A stretch of 62,557 bases of DNA, the filler included, from Sphingomonadaceae bacterium (GTDB lineage Bacteria; Chloroflexota; UBA6077): assembly GCA_050261575.1 (NCBI GenBank). It is 3 parts of 3 records of this genome, joined end to end, with 100 filler letters (N's around TTAATTAATTAA, not from the genome) between each part and the next. Parts side by side here need not be neighbours in the genome. Positions count along the whole stretch, not along the records: positions 1 to 24,106 come from JBLNDL010000038.1; 2 more parts are not named here. One strand, written 5' to 3'. The translations under genes and the position numbers were made by a program. The notes below the pieces were generated by a model, which was not told the origin of the DNA, ran no database searches, and saw nothing but the letters and a program-made list of their open reading frames with translations. Shown one piece after another: positions 1-9,605 of the stretch. Each line of letters begins with the position of its first letter. Positions within the stretch are counted from its first letter, which is position 1.

Positions 1-978
1 CGCGCCGTGGTCAGGCGTTCGATCAGCCTCGACTTCGACGTGTTGGGTGTGCGGAACGGTTGGGCCGGGCTGCTGGGCGGGGGCAACTTCCAGCGGCTGG
101 ATTGGCGTTCGGTATCCGGCATCCTGCACCAGGGCGGGACGATCCTGGGCACCTCCCGCACCAACCCCTTGAAGCGAGCCGACGACTTCCAGCAGATCCA
201 GGCCAACCTGAAGGCGTACGGCATCGACGGTCTGATAGTCATCGGGGGGCCGGACACCCTCTACGTGGCCGCCGAACTCCAGGACGTGTGGGGTAAGGTG
301 GTTGGGATACCGAAGACCATCGACAACACCCTGGTGGGCACCGACCAGAGCATTGGCTACGCCACAGCGGTGTCGGTGGTGGCCGAGGCGCTGGACCGGC
401 TTCACACCACCGCCAGCTCCCATCATCGAGTGCTTGTGGCGGAGGTAATGGGGCGTGACGCGGGTTGGGTGGCGATCGCGGGCGGTCTCGCCGGCGGCGC
501 GGACCGCATCATCATCCCCGAGGAGCCCACCGACCTGGACTCGATCTGCGATCACGTCCTTGCCCGTCGGGCCCAGGGTCGGGAGTTCAGCATAGTGGTG
601 GTTTCGGAGGCGGCCCAGATAACCGACATGCCGGATGAGGGGATAGACCTGGGCAAGCCCGACCCCTTCGGCAGGGTGAAGCTGGATCGCCGCAACATGG
701 GTGAGCGGCTGGCCGCGGAGATCGAGCGCCGCACCGGCCTCGAGACACGCTTCATCGTGCTGGGCTACCTGCAGCGGGGTGGGTCCCCGGTGGCCGAGGA
801 TCGGCTGCTGGCGACCAGGCTGGGGGTGGCGGCGGTGGACTACGTGGTGGAGGGGCGCTTCGGCTTCATGCCCGGCCTCAACTGCGGCTCCATCACCCCT
901 GTGCCCATCCGCGAGGCGGTCTCCCACAGTCGACCGGCAGATCTCGGGCTGTACAACCTCGCCAAGCTGTTCTTCTAA
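1..978 (+). CDS. pfkA: 6-phosphofructokinase family protein (5'-truncated by the window edge), atypical active-site residues
   Basis: GGTILGTSR, IPKTIDN, EVMGR and LGYLQRGG PFK motifs; the frame is open from base 1. Confidence 0.85.
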   Translation, partial: RAVVRRSISLDFDVLGVRNGWAGLLGGGNFQRLDWRSVSGILHQGGTILGTSRTNPLKRADDFQQIQANLKAYGIDGLIVIGGPDTLYVAAELQDVWGKVVGIPKTIDNTLVGTDQSIGYATAVSVVAEALDRLHTTASSHHRVLVAEVMGRDAGWVAIAGGLAGGADRIIIPEEPTDLDSICDHVLARRAQGREFSIVVVSEAAQITDMPDEGIDLGKPDPFGRVKLDRRNMGERLAAEIERRTGLETRFIVLGYLQRGGSPVAEDRLLATRLGVAAVDYVVEGRFGFMPGLNCGSITPVPIREAVSHSRPADLGLYNLAKLFF

Positions 979-1101
979 GAGCCCGATACGTCCACAGTCG
1001 TCGCGGGCGCACGCAGACTGATAGGCATCTGCGTGCGCCCTTCCGTTTGACGGAACCATCGGCGGTGAAGCCTTGCGCCGGGCGAGTGCCGCGCGGAACA
1101 C

Positions 1102-1133
1102 CGGGGAGGCGGCGATGGAGCGCCGCCTCCCCG
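1102..1133 (-). terminator. GC-rich stem-loop downstream of the zinc-ribbon gene
   Basis: CGGGGAGGCGGCG-N6-CGCCGCCTCCCCG, a perfect 13-bp inverted repeat just past the stop codon. Confidence 0.5.
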
Positions 1134-1144
1134 CTTGCTTGCGG

Positions 1145-1486
1145 CTACCAGCGACCCCGGCCGCCGGAGCGGCGGTCGTACCCGCCGCCCGACCTCTGGC
1201 TGGAGAAGCAGTCGGAGCAGTAGACGGGCCTGTCGAAGCGCGGCTGGAACGGGACCTGGGTCTCCTTCCCGCACTGGGCGCATACCGCAGGGTACATCTC
1301 GCGGCTTCGCGGGGCGGAGCCGAAGCCGTCGCCTCGGCTGGCCTTCCGAGCGGCGCGGCACTCCGGGCAGCGACTGGGCTCGTTGGCGAAGCCCTTCTGC
1401 GCGAAGAACTGCTGCTCGCCCGCCGTGAAGACGAACTCGCGGCCACAGTCGCGGCAGGTGATGGATTTGTCTTGCATGTTGATCAC
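1145..1486 (-). CDS. Small zinc-ribbon / CxxC-x17-CxxC protein, probably nucleic-acid binding
   Basis: DKSITCRDCG..FVFTAGEQQFFAQKGF.NEPSRCPECR, then CAQCG..VPFQP..DRPVYCSDC and an RG-rich tail; AGGAG RBS before GTG 1486 (alternative ATG 1477). Confidence 0.85.
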   Translation of the reverse strand: MINMQDKSITCRDCGREFVFTAGEQQFFAQKGFANEPSRCPECRAARKASRGDGFGSAPRSREMYPAVCAQCGKETQVPFQPRFDRPVYCSDCFSSQRSGGGYDRRSGGRGRW

Positions 1487-1615
1487 GCTGACTCCTAAAC
1501 AGAACTGGGTACTTGGAGTATCCGTCAGCGCCAGTGGGATCGGGGTGTGGGGCTGGATGGGGCCAACCACCAACCGAGCCGCGCCTGCGAAGCTGCGGAA
1601 ACGACCAGCACGGAC

Positions 1616-1644
1616 ACTATACGGGAGTTAGCGTGGGTATGCAA
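1616..1644 (-). promoter_or_regulatory. sigma70-type promoter of the zinc-ribbon gene
   Basis: TTGCAT-17bp-TATAGT on the minus strand. Confidence 0.6.
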
Positions 1645-1736
1645 TAGTGAAATTGAAGTAGGTGTGCGGCGGCGTGGCCCTGGCCCTGCTCACTCCTGCC
1701 CAAAAGGGGCGTTACGGGTACACGTGGCCCGGGGTC

Positions 1737-1791
1737 TTGACGGCGGCCCGGAGGCTGCTACAATGTCCCAGACCAGTTTGTGGGACAGACT
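1737..1791 (+). promoter_or_regulatory. sigma70 promoter plus candidate operator
   Basis: TTGACG-16bp-TACAAT with extended TG; AGTTTG-N5-CAGACT inverted repeat at 1775-1791. Confidence 0.6.
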
Positions 1792-1816
1792 AGTTTGCAT
1801 TTGGGGGTGGCGTGGA

Positions 1817-2452
1817 GTGAGACGGGACATCGATCGCACTGTTCGGAGGTCCATGCAGTACTTCTACGACGACGGGTTGGCCGAGTTGGCCTCCGGCGCC
1901 ATCTTCCTCGCCATCGGCCTGCTCTTCCTCGTGGAGGCCCTGGCGTCGCCGGGCAGCCTTCCACGCAACTTCTCCGCCGTCGGGATCGTGATCCTCGTAG
2001 GCGGTGGCATCTGGCTCGCCGGCCTGGCCGTTCGCTGGGCCAAGGCGAGGATCACCTACCCCCGCACCGGCTACGTCCGGGTTCGGCGACCCGCTCGCAC
2101 CCGCCAGCGGCGGATCGGGACGCTGATTCTCGGCGCGTCCGTCTCCATAGCAGTCGTGCTGCTGCTTAGCGTCGTGGGGCCAGCCTACCTGGCCTGGATC
2201 CCCACTTTCCACGGGTTGCTGATCGGCGGCTTCCTGCTGTTCATGGGCAGCCACCTCGGACTCATTCGCTTCTGCCTGCTCGCTGGCCTCTCGGCGCTGG
2301 CCGGCACGGCCGCATCCTTGGCCGGCCTGGGGGATACCCTGGGCAGCGCAGCCTACTTCGTGGCGATGGGGATCGCCCTGCTCTGCTCCGGCGGGGTGAC
2401 CCTCTACCTCTACCTGCGACGAAGCTCGCCGACGGAGGGGGAGCAGCCATGA
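1817..2452 (+). CDS. Multi-pass membrane protein of unknown function
   Basis: About 6 hydrophobic segments, YxDGLxE and KxRITYPRTGYV motifs; ATGA overlap with the downstream regulator; start uncertain (GTG 1817 or ATG 1853). Confidence 0.75.
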   Translation: MRRDIDRTVRRSMQYFYDDGLAELASGAIFLAIGLLFLVEALASPGSLPRNFSAVGIVILVGGGIWLAGLAVRWAKARITYPRTGYVRVRRPARTRQRRIGTLILGASVSIAVVLLLSVVGPAYLAWIPTFHGLLIGGFLLFMGSHLGLIRFCLLAGLSALAGTAASLAGLGDTLGSAAYFVAMGIALLCSGGVTLYLYLRRSSPTEGEQP

Positions 2453-2760
2453 AGGACGACTTCCGCGAACTGGCGGGCGTCGATCGGATCGTCCACGAGC
2501 CTGCCCGCCTGATCCTGCTGGCCCTGCTCTATCCCGTGGATAGTGCCGACTTCCTCTTCCTGCTGCGGGAGACTGGGCTCACCAAGGGCAACCTCTCCGC
2601 CCACCTGGCCAAGCTGGAGGAGGCGGGATACGTGGCCGTGGAGAAGGGGTTCCGGGGGAGAATCCCCCAGACCACCTACAGCCTGACAGAGGAGGGGCGG
2701 GCCGCCTTCAGTGCGTACCGCGCCCGGATGAGGCGGGCCATCGACAGCTTGCCGGAATGA
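2449..2760 (+). CDS. Winged-helix transcriptional regulator (HTH_34 / MarR-ArsR-like)
   Basis: DRIVHEPARL..L, GLTKGNLSAHLAKLEEAGYV, P.TTYSLTEEGR. Confidence 0.9.
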   Translation: MKDDFRELAGVDRIVHEPARLILLALLYPVDSADFLFLLRETGLTKGNLSAHLAKLEEAGYVAVEKGFRGRIPQTTYSLTEEGRAAFSAYRARMRRAIDSLPE

Positions 2761-2838
2761 GAGTGGCGAGTGATGAGTGATGAGTGGCCCACTCCTACAG
2801 ATCGCCCATGATACGAGGCTCGCCACTCATCACTCTCG
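2758..2838. repeat. Heptamer (GTGATGA)n tandem repeat with an inverted copy
   Basis: GTGGCGA GTGATGA GTGATGA GTGG ... CGCCACTCATCACTCTC between convergent genes. Confidence 0.7.
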
Positions 2839-2893
2839 TGCGCCATCTGTGTGCCGATCGGGTGGCGCGACTCCGGCTCGTGCCACCACGTCC

Positions 2894-4450
2894 CTACGGG
2901 AGGATGGTCTCCCCCATCAGGTAGCGGTCGCACTCGCGCGCCGCGGCTCGCCCCTCGCCGATCGCCCACACCACCAGGCTCTGGCCACGGCGCATATCAC
3001 CGGCGACGAACACCCCCGGGATGTTCGTGGTGTGCCGCCGGTGGTCGGCCTTCACATTGGACCGCTCGTCTCGCTCCAGGCCCAACGAGTTCGGCAGGGT
3101 GTCCTCGGGGCCCAGGAAGCCCATGCAGAGCAACACGAGCTGGGCGGAAAGCACCTTCTCGGTCCCCGGAATCTCCCTGGGGAAGGGCCGCCCGTTATCC
3201 CCCTTCACCCACTCCACCTGGACGGTGTGAACCTCTCGCACGTGCCCCTCGGCATCGCCCACGAACCGCTTGGTGGTGGTGCAGTAGACACGCGGGTCGC
3301 GGCCGAAGGTTGAGATGGCCTCCTCCTGGCCGTAGTCGGTGCGGTGCACCCGCGGCCACTCCGGCCAGGGGTTGCTCGGCTGCCGCCCATCGGGCGGCCT
3401 CTCCAGGATCTCCAACTGCACCACGCTCCTGCATCCGTGGCGCAGGGACGTGCCGACGCAGTCCGTGCCCGTGTCGCCGCCGCCGATCACCACCACGTCC
3501 TTCCCCGCGGCGGAGATGAAGTCGGGTGACGAGCGATGAGTGGTGAGCGACGAGCCCTCACCCTCTCCCTCTGGGAGAGGGACTCCACCGATCTCCGCGT
3601 CTCCCGTCCCCGCGTCCAGGAGCCGGCGGGTGTTGCCACGCAGGAACTCCACGGCAAAGTGGATCCCCTTCAGCTCGCGGCCCTCCACCGGCAGGTCGCG
3701 GGGTTTGGTGGCGCCACCGCACAGCACCACCGCGTCGAACTCCGACAGCAGCCGGTCCGCCGGGTAGTCCTTGCCCACCTCGGTGTTGGTGACGAACTCG
3801 ATCCCCTCGGCGGCCATCAGGTCCACCCGCCGCTGGACGACCCGCTTGTCCAGCTTCATGTTGGGGATGCCGTACATCAGCAGGCCGCCGATCCGGTCGG
3901 CCCGCTCGAACACTGTCACCCAGTGGCCGGCCTTGTTCAGTTGGTCGGCGCAGGCGAGCCCGGCGGGGCCGGACCCAACCACGGCCACCCTCTTGCCTGT
4001 GCGCGTCGCGGGCGGCTGCGGGGCGATCCAGCCCTCCTCGAAGGCCCTGTCGATGATCGCCCGCTCGATGCTCTTGATGGTTACGGGCGGCTCCTTGGCG
4101 CCCAGGGTGCAGGACCCCTCGCAGGGGGCGGGGCAGACCCGGCCAGTGAACTCCGGGAAGTTGTTCGTCTTCAGCAGCCTGTGGAGCGCCTGCCGCCACA
4201 GCCCCCGGTAGACCAAGTCGTTCCACTCGGGGATCAGGTTGTGGATCGGGCAGCCCGCCGCCATCCCGCTGAGCAGGGTGCCGGTGTGGCAGAAGGGGAT
4301 GCCGCAGTCCATGCAGCGCGCCCCCTGGATGCGCAGCTTCTCGTCGGGGAAGGGCAGGTGGAACTCCTCCCAGTCCCCGATCCGCTCCTCCGGCTCTCGC
4401 TCGGCGGGAAGCTCGCGCTGGTATTCCATGAAACCGGTAGGCTTACCCAT
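2894..4450 (-). CDS. gltD: Glutamate synthase small (beta) subunit
   Basis: MGKPTGF N-terminus, CMDCGIPFC and CPAPCEGSC Fe-S motifs, GSGPAG and GGGDTG dinucleotide-binding motifs; downstream of gltB. Confidence 0.97.
   Translation of the reverse strand: MGKPTGFMEYQRELPAEREPEERIGDWEEFHLPFPDEKLRIQGARCMDCGIPFCHTGTLLSGMAAGCPIHNLIPEWNDLVYRGLWRQALHRLLKTNNFPEFTGRVCPAPCEGSCTLGAKEPPVTIKSIERAIIDRAFEEGWIAPQPPATRTGKRVAVVGSGPAGLACADQLNKAGHWVTVFERADRIGGLLMYGIPNMKLDKRVVQRRVDLMAAEGIEFVTNTEVGKDYPADRLLSEFDAVVLCGGATKPRDLPVEGRELKGIHFAVEFLRGNTRRLLDAGTGDAEIGGVPLPEGEGEGSSLTTHRSSPDFISAAGKDVVVIGGGDTGTDCVGTSLRHGCRSVVQLEILERPPDGRQPSNPWPEWPRVHRTDYGQEEAISTFGRDPRVYCTTTKRFVGDAEGHVREVHTVQVEWVKGDNGRPFPREIPGTEKVLSAQLVLLCMGFLGPEDTLPNSLGLERDERSNVKADHRRHTTNIPGVFVAGDMRRGQSLVVWAIGEGRAAARECDRYLMGETILP
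3526..3617. repeat. Composite repeat insertion inside gltD (heptamers + CCCTCTCCC/GGGAGAGGG palindrome + octamers)
   Basis: GTGACGA GCGATGA GTGGTGA GCGACGA; CCCTCA-CCCTCTCCC-TCT-GGGAGAGGG; minus-strand GGGGACG GGAGACGC GGAGAT. Confidence 0.65.
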
Positions 4451-4474
4451 CGGTGTCTCCCTCGTTAGCTCTCG

Positions 4475-7400
4475 TCAGTTCCCGCTCACGCGCACCAGAT
4501 CGTTCTTGTTCCGCTCGAAGGCGGCCATTACCGCCTCCTCGCCGCTCAGGCCGGAGGCCTTCACCTGCTCGAACGCCTCCAGCGCCCGCTTGTAGTCCTT
4601 CGGCAGCACCTTGACGAACTTGGGCACCATGGACCGCCAGTGGGAGAGGACGCGCGTGGCCAGTTGGCTGCTGGTGTACTCGGCGTGGCGGCGGATCATG
4701 CCGGCCACGAACTTGATCTCCTCTTTATCTTGCAGCCTCTCCAGGCACACCATCTCCTGGTTGCAGCGGCGCTCGAACTCCCCCGCCTCGTCCAGGACGT
4801 AGGCGATGCCGCCGGACATGCCCGCGGCGAAGTTGCGCCCAGTCGGCCCCAGCACCACCACGTGGCCGCCGGTCATGTACTCGCAGCCGTGGTCGCCCAC
4901 GGCTTCAACCACGGCGTTCACCCCGCTGTTGCGCACGCAGAAGCGCTCGCCCGCAGCGCCGGAGACGTACGCCTCTCCACCCGTGGCCCCGTAGAAGGCC
5001 ACGTTGCCGACGATCACGTTCTTCTCCGGCACGAAGGTGGACCCCTCGGGCGGATAGACGACGATCTTACCCCCCGAGAGCCCCTTGCCGATGTAGTCGT
5101 TCGCGTCGCCTTCGAGGGTCAGGCTGATGCCCCTGGGCAGGAAGGCGCCGAAGCTCTGTCCGGCAGACCCCCGGAAGCGGAGCCGGATGGTGTCATCGGG
5201 CAACCCCTCGCCGCCGTACCGGCGGGTCAGCTCGCTGCCCAGCAGCGTCCCCACGACCCGATCCGTGTTGTGGATCGGCAATGTGGCCGAAACCGGCTGC
5301 CGCTCCTCCAGGGCCGGCTTGCAGAGCTCCAGCAGCACCCGGCTGTCCAACGACCGCTCGATGCCGTGGTCCTGGGGAATCTGGCAGTAGCGGCCCACCT
5401 CGGGCGGCACGACGGGCTGGTAGAGGATGGCGGAGAGGTCCACCGCCCTAGCCTTGTTGTGCCGGATGTCCCGCCGCATCTCCAGCCGGTCGCTCCGCCC
5501 GACCATCTCGTTCACCGTGCGGAAGCCCAACCGGGCCATGTACTCACGCAACTCCTGCGCGACGAAGTGCATAAAGTTGACGACGTAGGCGGGGTCTCCG
5601 CTGAACCTTCTGCGAAGCTCCGGGTTCTGGGTGGCGATACCCACCGGGCAGGTGTCCATGTGGCAGACCCGCATCTTGGTGCAGCCCAGGGTCACCAGGG
5701 GGGCCGTGGCGAAGCCGAACTCCTCGGCGCCCAACAGCGCCGCGATGGCCACGTCCCGGCCGGTCTTCAACTGGCCGTCGGTCTCCACCACGATGCGGCT
5801 GCGCAGGTCGTTCAGCACCAGTGTCTGGTGGGTCTCGGCGACACCCAGCTCCCAGGGGAGGCCGGCGTGCTTGATGCTGGACCAGGGCGACGCCCCGGTC
5901 CCGCCGTCGTAGCCGCTGATCAGCACCACGTCGGCGTGGCCCTTGGCCACCCCGGCGGCGATGGTGCCCACACCCACCTCGGAGACCAGCTTCACGCTGA
6001 TCCTCGCCTGGGGATTGGCGTTCTTCAGGTCGTGGATCAACTGGGCCAGGTCCTCGATGGAGTAGATGTCGTGGTGAGGGGGCGGAGAGATCAGCCCCAC
6101 GCCGGGGGTCGAGCGGCGTACCCTGGCGATCCACGGATACACCTTCCTGCCCGGCAACTGGCCGCCCTCGCCGGGCTTCGCGCCCTGGGCCATCTTGATC
6201 TGGATCTCCTTGGCGTTCACCAGGTACTCGATGGTGACGCCGAAGCGGCCAGAAGCCACCTGCTTGATGGCGCTATTGAGGGAATCGCCGTTGGGCAGCG
6301 GGACGAACCGGGCGGGGTCCTCGCCCCCTTCGCCGGTGTTGCTCTTGCCCCCGATGCGGTTCATGGCTATGGCCAGGCACTCGTGGGCCTCCTGGCTGAT
6401 GGAGCCGTAGGACATCCCCCCCGTCTTGAACCGGCGGCAGATGGACTCCACCGGCTCCACCTCCTCCAGCGGGATCGGGTTGCGGGCGTACTTGAACTCC
6501 AGCAGCCCTCGGAGGGTGGCCAGCCGCTCGGACTGGTCGTTGACCAGCTCGCTGTACTCCTTGAACACCCGATAGTCGCCCGTGCGGCAGGCCTTCTGCA
6601 GCTTGTGCACCGTCAGCGGGTTGAAGAGGTGGTGCTCGCCGTCGTGGCGCCACTGGTAGTGGCCACCCACGTCCAGCGTGCGGTCGTGGGTCGAGCGCCG
6701 CGGGAAGCCTCGCTCGTGGCGCTGCCGGGTCTCCTCCGCGATCACGTCCATGCCGATCCCGCCGATGCGAGAGGGGGTCCCCGTGAAGTAGCGGTCGACG
6801 AATGCCTGGTTGAGGCCGAGGGCCTCGAAGATCTGCGCGCCGCAGTAGCTCTGGACGGTGGAGATGCCCATCTTGGACATCGTCTTCACCACGCCCTTCA
6901 CGACGGCCTTGGCGAACTTCTCGACCGCGTGCTCGTAGTCCACGTCGGTGAGAAGGCCCTCGTCGATCATCCCCTTCAGGCTCTGGTAGGCCAGGTAGGG
7001 GTTGATGGCGGAGGCGCCGTAGCCGATCAGGGCGGCGAAGTGGTGCACCTCGCGCGGCTCGCCCGACTCCAGGATGAGGCTCACCCGGGTCCGCAGCCCC
7101 TCGCGAATGAGGTGGTGGTGCAGCCCGGACGTTGCCAGGAGCGCGGGGATGGGCGCCTTCTCCCTATCGACTCCGCGGTCCGAGAGGATCAGCAGGTTGG
7201 CACCATCCGCGATGGCCCGGCCTGCCGCCCGGAACAGCTCCTCCAGGGCCCGCTCCATCCCCGAGCCGCCTTCCGCGACTGGATAGAGGATGGGCAGGGT
7301 TGCTACCTTGAAGCCCGGCCGGTCGATGTGGCGGATCCTGGCGAGCTGCTCGTCGGTGAGGATCGGGTTCTTCAGCCGTATCCTTCGGCAGCTCTCGGGC

Positions 7401-9109
7401 ACCGGCTCCAGGAGGTTCCCCTCGGAGCCCAGCAGCACCTCGGTGGAGGTGATCAGCTCCTCGCGGATGGCGTCGATGGGCGGATTGGTCACCTGGGCGA
7501 ACAGTTGCTTGAAGTAGTTGTACAGCAGTTGCGGCCGGTCCGAGAGCACCGCGGGGGGCGCGTCGTTCCCCATGGAGCCCACGGGCTCGACCCCGTTCTT
7601 GGCCATCGGGGCCATCAGTATCCGCAACTCCTCGTAGGTGTAGCCGAACGCCTGCTGCAGTTGGAGGAGGCTCTCCGCGTCCCCGAATCTCCCCGTCTCC
7701 GCGCCTCCCGCGGGCGCCGGGAGGTCCTCCAGGGCCACCATGTGCTCGCTGAGCCACTCCTCGTAGGGGTGGGCTGTGGCGATCCAGTGCTTCTGCTCCT
7801 CGTCCCTGACTATCCGACCCACCTCGGTGTCCACCAGGAACATTCGGCCGGGCTCCAGGCGGCCCTTGTAGGCGATCCGCTCGGGCGGGATATCCAGCAC
7901 CCCCACCTCGGAGGCCATGATCACCAGGTCGTCCTTGGTGACGTAGTAGCGGGAGGGGCGAAGCCCGTTCCGGTCCAGCACCGCGCCGACCCTGACCCCG
8001 TCGGTGAAGGCGATGGAGGCGGGGCCATCCCACGGCTCCATCAGGGCGCTGTGGAACTGGTAGAAGGCCCTCTTCTCGTCGCTCATGCTCTCGTGGTTGG
8101 ACCAGGGCTCCGGAATCATCATCATGACTGCGTGGGGCAGGGTGCGACCGGAGAGCACCAACAGCTCCAGGCAGTTGTCGAACATCGCCGAGTCGCTGCC
8201 ATCGGGGGCTATCACCGGAAGCACTTTCGGCAGGTCGTCGCCGAAGAGGGACGACTTGAACAGCGCCTCCCTGGCGCGCATCCAATTGACGTTGCCGCGC
8301 AGGGTGTTGATCTCGCCGTTGTGGATCAGGTAGCGGTAGGGATGAGCCCGATTCCAACTGGGGAAGGTGTTGGTGCTGAAGCGGGAATGGACCAGCGCCA
8401 ATGCTGACTCCACGGAGGGATCGGAGAGGTCGGGGTAGTAGGGATCCAACTGCTCCGACATCAGCATCCCCTTGTAGACGATGGTCCTGCAGGAGAGGCT
8501 GCTGAAGTAGAAGTGCTCGCCCCCGCGGACGGGGGGATCGGCGTAGCGGATCTCCTTCTCCGCACGACGCCGGATGACGTACAGTTTCCGCTCGAAGGCC
8601 ATGTCGTCGGCGAGGTCGGGGTTGCGACCGACGAAGATCTGCCGCACCACCGGCTCGGCCGCCCTGGCGGTGTCGCCCAGGGACCAGTCGTTGGTGGGCA
8701 CAGTGCGCCAGCCGAGTGGGACCTGCCCCTCCTCGGCGACGATGGCCTCCAGCTTCCGCTCGCAGGCCCGGCGGTCGGCTTCATTCGGTGATAGGAACAC
8801 CATGCCGACCCCATACTGGCCTGGGGCGGGCAGCCGGATGAACTCCTGGGCGCACACCTTCTGGAAGAAGGCGTGCGGGATCTGAAGCAGGATCCCAGCG
8901 CCGTCCCCCGTGTTGGGCTCGCAGCCGCACGCACCCCGATGGGTCAGGTTGGTGAGGACGGTGATGGCCTGCCGGACGATCTCGTTGGACTTCTTGCCCT
9001 TGATGTTGACGACGAAGCCGATACCGCAGGCGTCTCGCTCCCATTGGGGATCGTAGAGGCCCTGCTTCGGCGGGAATCCGGCGGGACTTCCTGTATGAGC
9101 TGTCTCCAT
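4475..9109 (-). CDS. gltB: Glutamate synthase large (alpha) subunit
   Basis: ERDACGIG (N-terminal Cys amidotransferase), [34 protein letters not shown] domain; GGAG RBS before ATG 9109. Confidence 0.98.
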   Translation of the reverse strand: METAHTGSPAGFPPKQGLYDPQWERDACGIGFVVNIKGKKSNEIVRQAITVLTNLTHRGACGCEPNTGDGAGILLQIPHAFFQKVCAQEFIRLPAPGQYGVGMVFLSPNEADRRACERKLEAIVAEEGQVPLGWRTVPTNDWSLGDTARAAEPVVRQIFVGRNPDLADDMAFERKLYVIRRRAEKEIRYADPPVRGGEHFYFSSLSCRTIVYKGMLMSEQLDPYYPDLSDPSVESALALVHSRFSTNTFPSWNRAHPYRYLIHNGEINTLRGNVNWMRAREALFKSSLFGDDLPKVLPVIAPDGSDSAMFDNCLELLVLSGRTLPHAVMMMIPEPWSNHESMSDEKRAFYQFHSALMEPWDGPASIAFTDGVRVGAVLDRNGLRPSRYYVTKDDLVIMASEVGVLDIPPERIAYKGRLEPGRMFLVDTEVGRIVRDEEQKHWIATAHPYEEWLSEHMVALEDLPAPAGGAETGRFGDAESLLQLQQAFGYTYEELRILMAPMAKNGVEPVGSMGNDAPPAVLSDRPQLLYNYFKQLFAQVTNPPIDAIREELITSTEVLLGSEGNLLEPVPESCRRIRLKNPILTDEQLARIRHIDRPGFKVATLPILYPVAEGGSGMERALEELFRAAGRAIADGANLLILSDRGVDREKAPIPALLATSGLHHHLIREGLRTRVSLILESGEPREVHHFAALIGYGASAINPYLAYQSLKGMIDEGLLTDVDYEHAVEKFAKAVVKGVVKTMSKMGISTVQSYCGAQIFEALGLNQAFVDRYFTGTPSRIGGIGMDVIAEETRQRHERGFPRRSTHDRTLDVGGHYQWRHDGEHHLFNPLTVHKLQKACRTGDYRVFKEYSELVNDQSERLATLRGLLEFKYARNPIPLEEVEPVESICRRFKTGGMSYGSISQEAHECLAIAMNRIGGKSNTGEGGEDPARFVPLPNGDSLNSAIKQVASGRFGVTIEYLVNAKEIQIKMAQGAKPGEGGQLPGRKVYPWIARVRRSTPGVGLISPPPHHDIYSIEDLAQLIHDLKNANPQARISVKLVSEVGVGTIAAGVAKGHADVVLISGYDGGTGASPWSSIKHAGLPWELGVAETHQTLVLNDLRSRIVVETDGQLKTGRDVAIAALLGAEEFGFATAPLVTLGCTKMRVCHMDTCPVGIATQNPELRRRFSGDPAYVVNFMHFVAQELREYMARLGFRTVNEMVGRSDRLEMRRDIRHNKARAVDLSAILYQPVVPPEVGRYCQIPQDHGIERSLDSRVLLELCKPALEERQPVSATLPIHNTDRVVGTLLGSELTRRYGGEGLPDDTIRLRFRGSAGQSFGAFLPRGISLTLEGDANDYIGKGLSGGKIVVYPPEGSTFVPEKNVIVGNVAFYGATGGEAYVSGAAGERFCVRNSGVNAVVEAVGDHGCEYMTGGHVVVLGPTGRNFAAGMSGGIAYVLDEAGEFERRCNQEMVCLERLQDKEEIKFVAGMIRRHAEYTSSQLATRVLSHWRSMVPKFVKVLPKDYKRALEAFEQVKASGLSGEEAVMAAFERNKNDLVRVSGN

Positions 9110-9373
9110 CCGTGCGCTCCGTCCTGAGACTGCAGCGGCACCTTCGAGCGTTGCCAAAGACGGCGAGGGCTCCTCTTCCTCGCTCGAGGCCTGCTGTGTC
9201 TCCGCCTGATTTGGTTATGGATAGCCTGGGCCAGCGAGGGGTACAGCACCCCCTGGCCTGAAGCTCTCGTGGGTGGGTTGGGCGAATCGGCGCCCATCGG
9301 GCAGGATTGCCCCTCGACGGGAAACCTGGCGGGGAGGCCGGATCGGCCGTTGCGGGCCGTCCCAAAGCCTAGA

Positions 9374-9403
9374 ACCCCACGTCACGATCGAGCGACGTGG
9401 GGT
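9374..9403 (-). promoter_or_regulatory. Strong hairpin in the long gltB leader (possible attenuator)
   Basis: ACCCCACGTC-N10-GACGTGGGGT perfect 10-bp stem; minus-strand TATAAT at 9507-9512. Confidence 0.4.
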
Positions 9404-9605
9404 GTTGGAGGCTCAAGTAGACTACGATGTCGAAGTCTGGGCACTACTCGTGGAGGGCGTCGTCGGCCACCACGACTTGAATACACACCAATTTCCCCGT
9501 GGGGCCATTATAGCCGTTTCTCGTCCACGAATCCAGAGTGAAAGACCCTAACAACAGTTGGAGACCACGGGTTTCAGTCAAGCCCGCCAGCCACGTGGCG
9601 CGAGG

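Noticed and set aside
4640..8407. 1255-aa plus-strand ORF, and other long antisense ORFs (9558-11411, 14922-16319, 20920-22617, 29790-31889)
   Set aside because: Shadow frames opposite well-supported genes; expected from high-GC codon bias and without recognisable motifs
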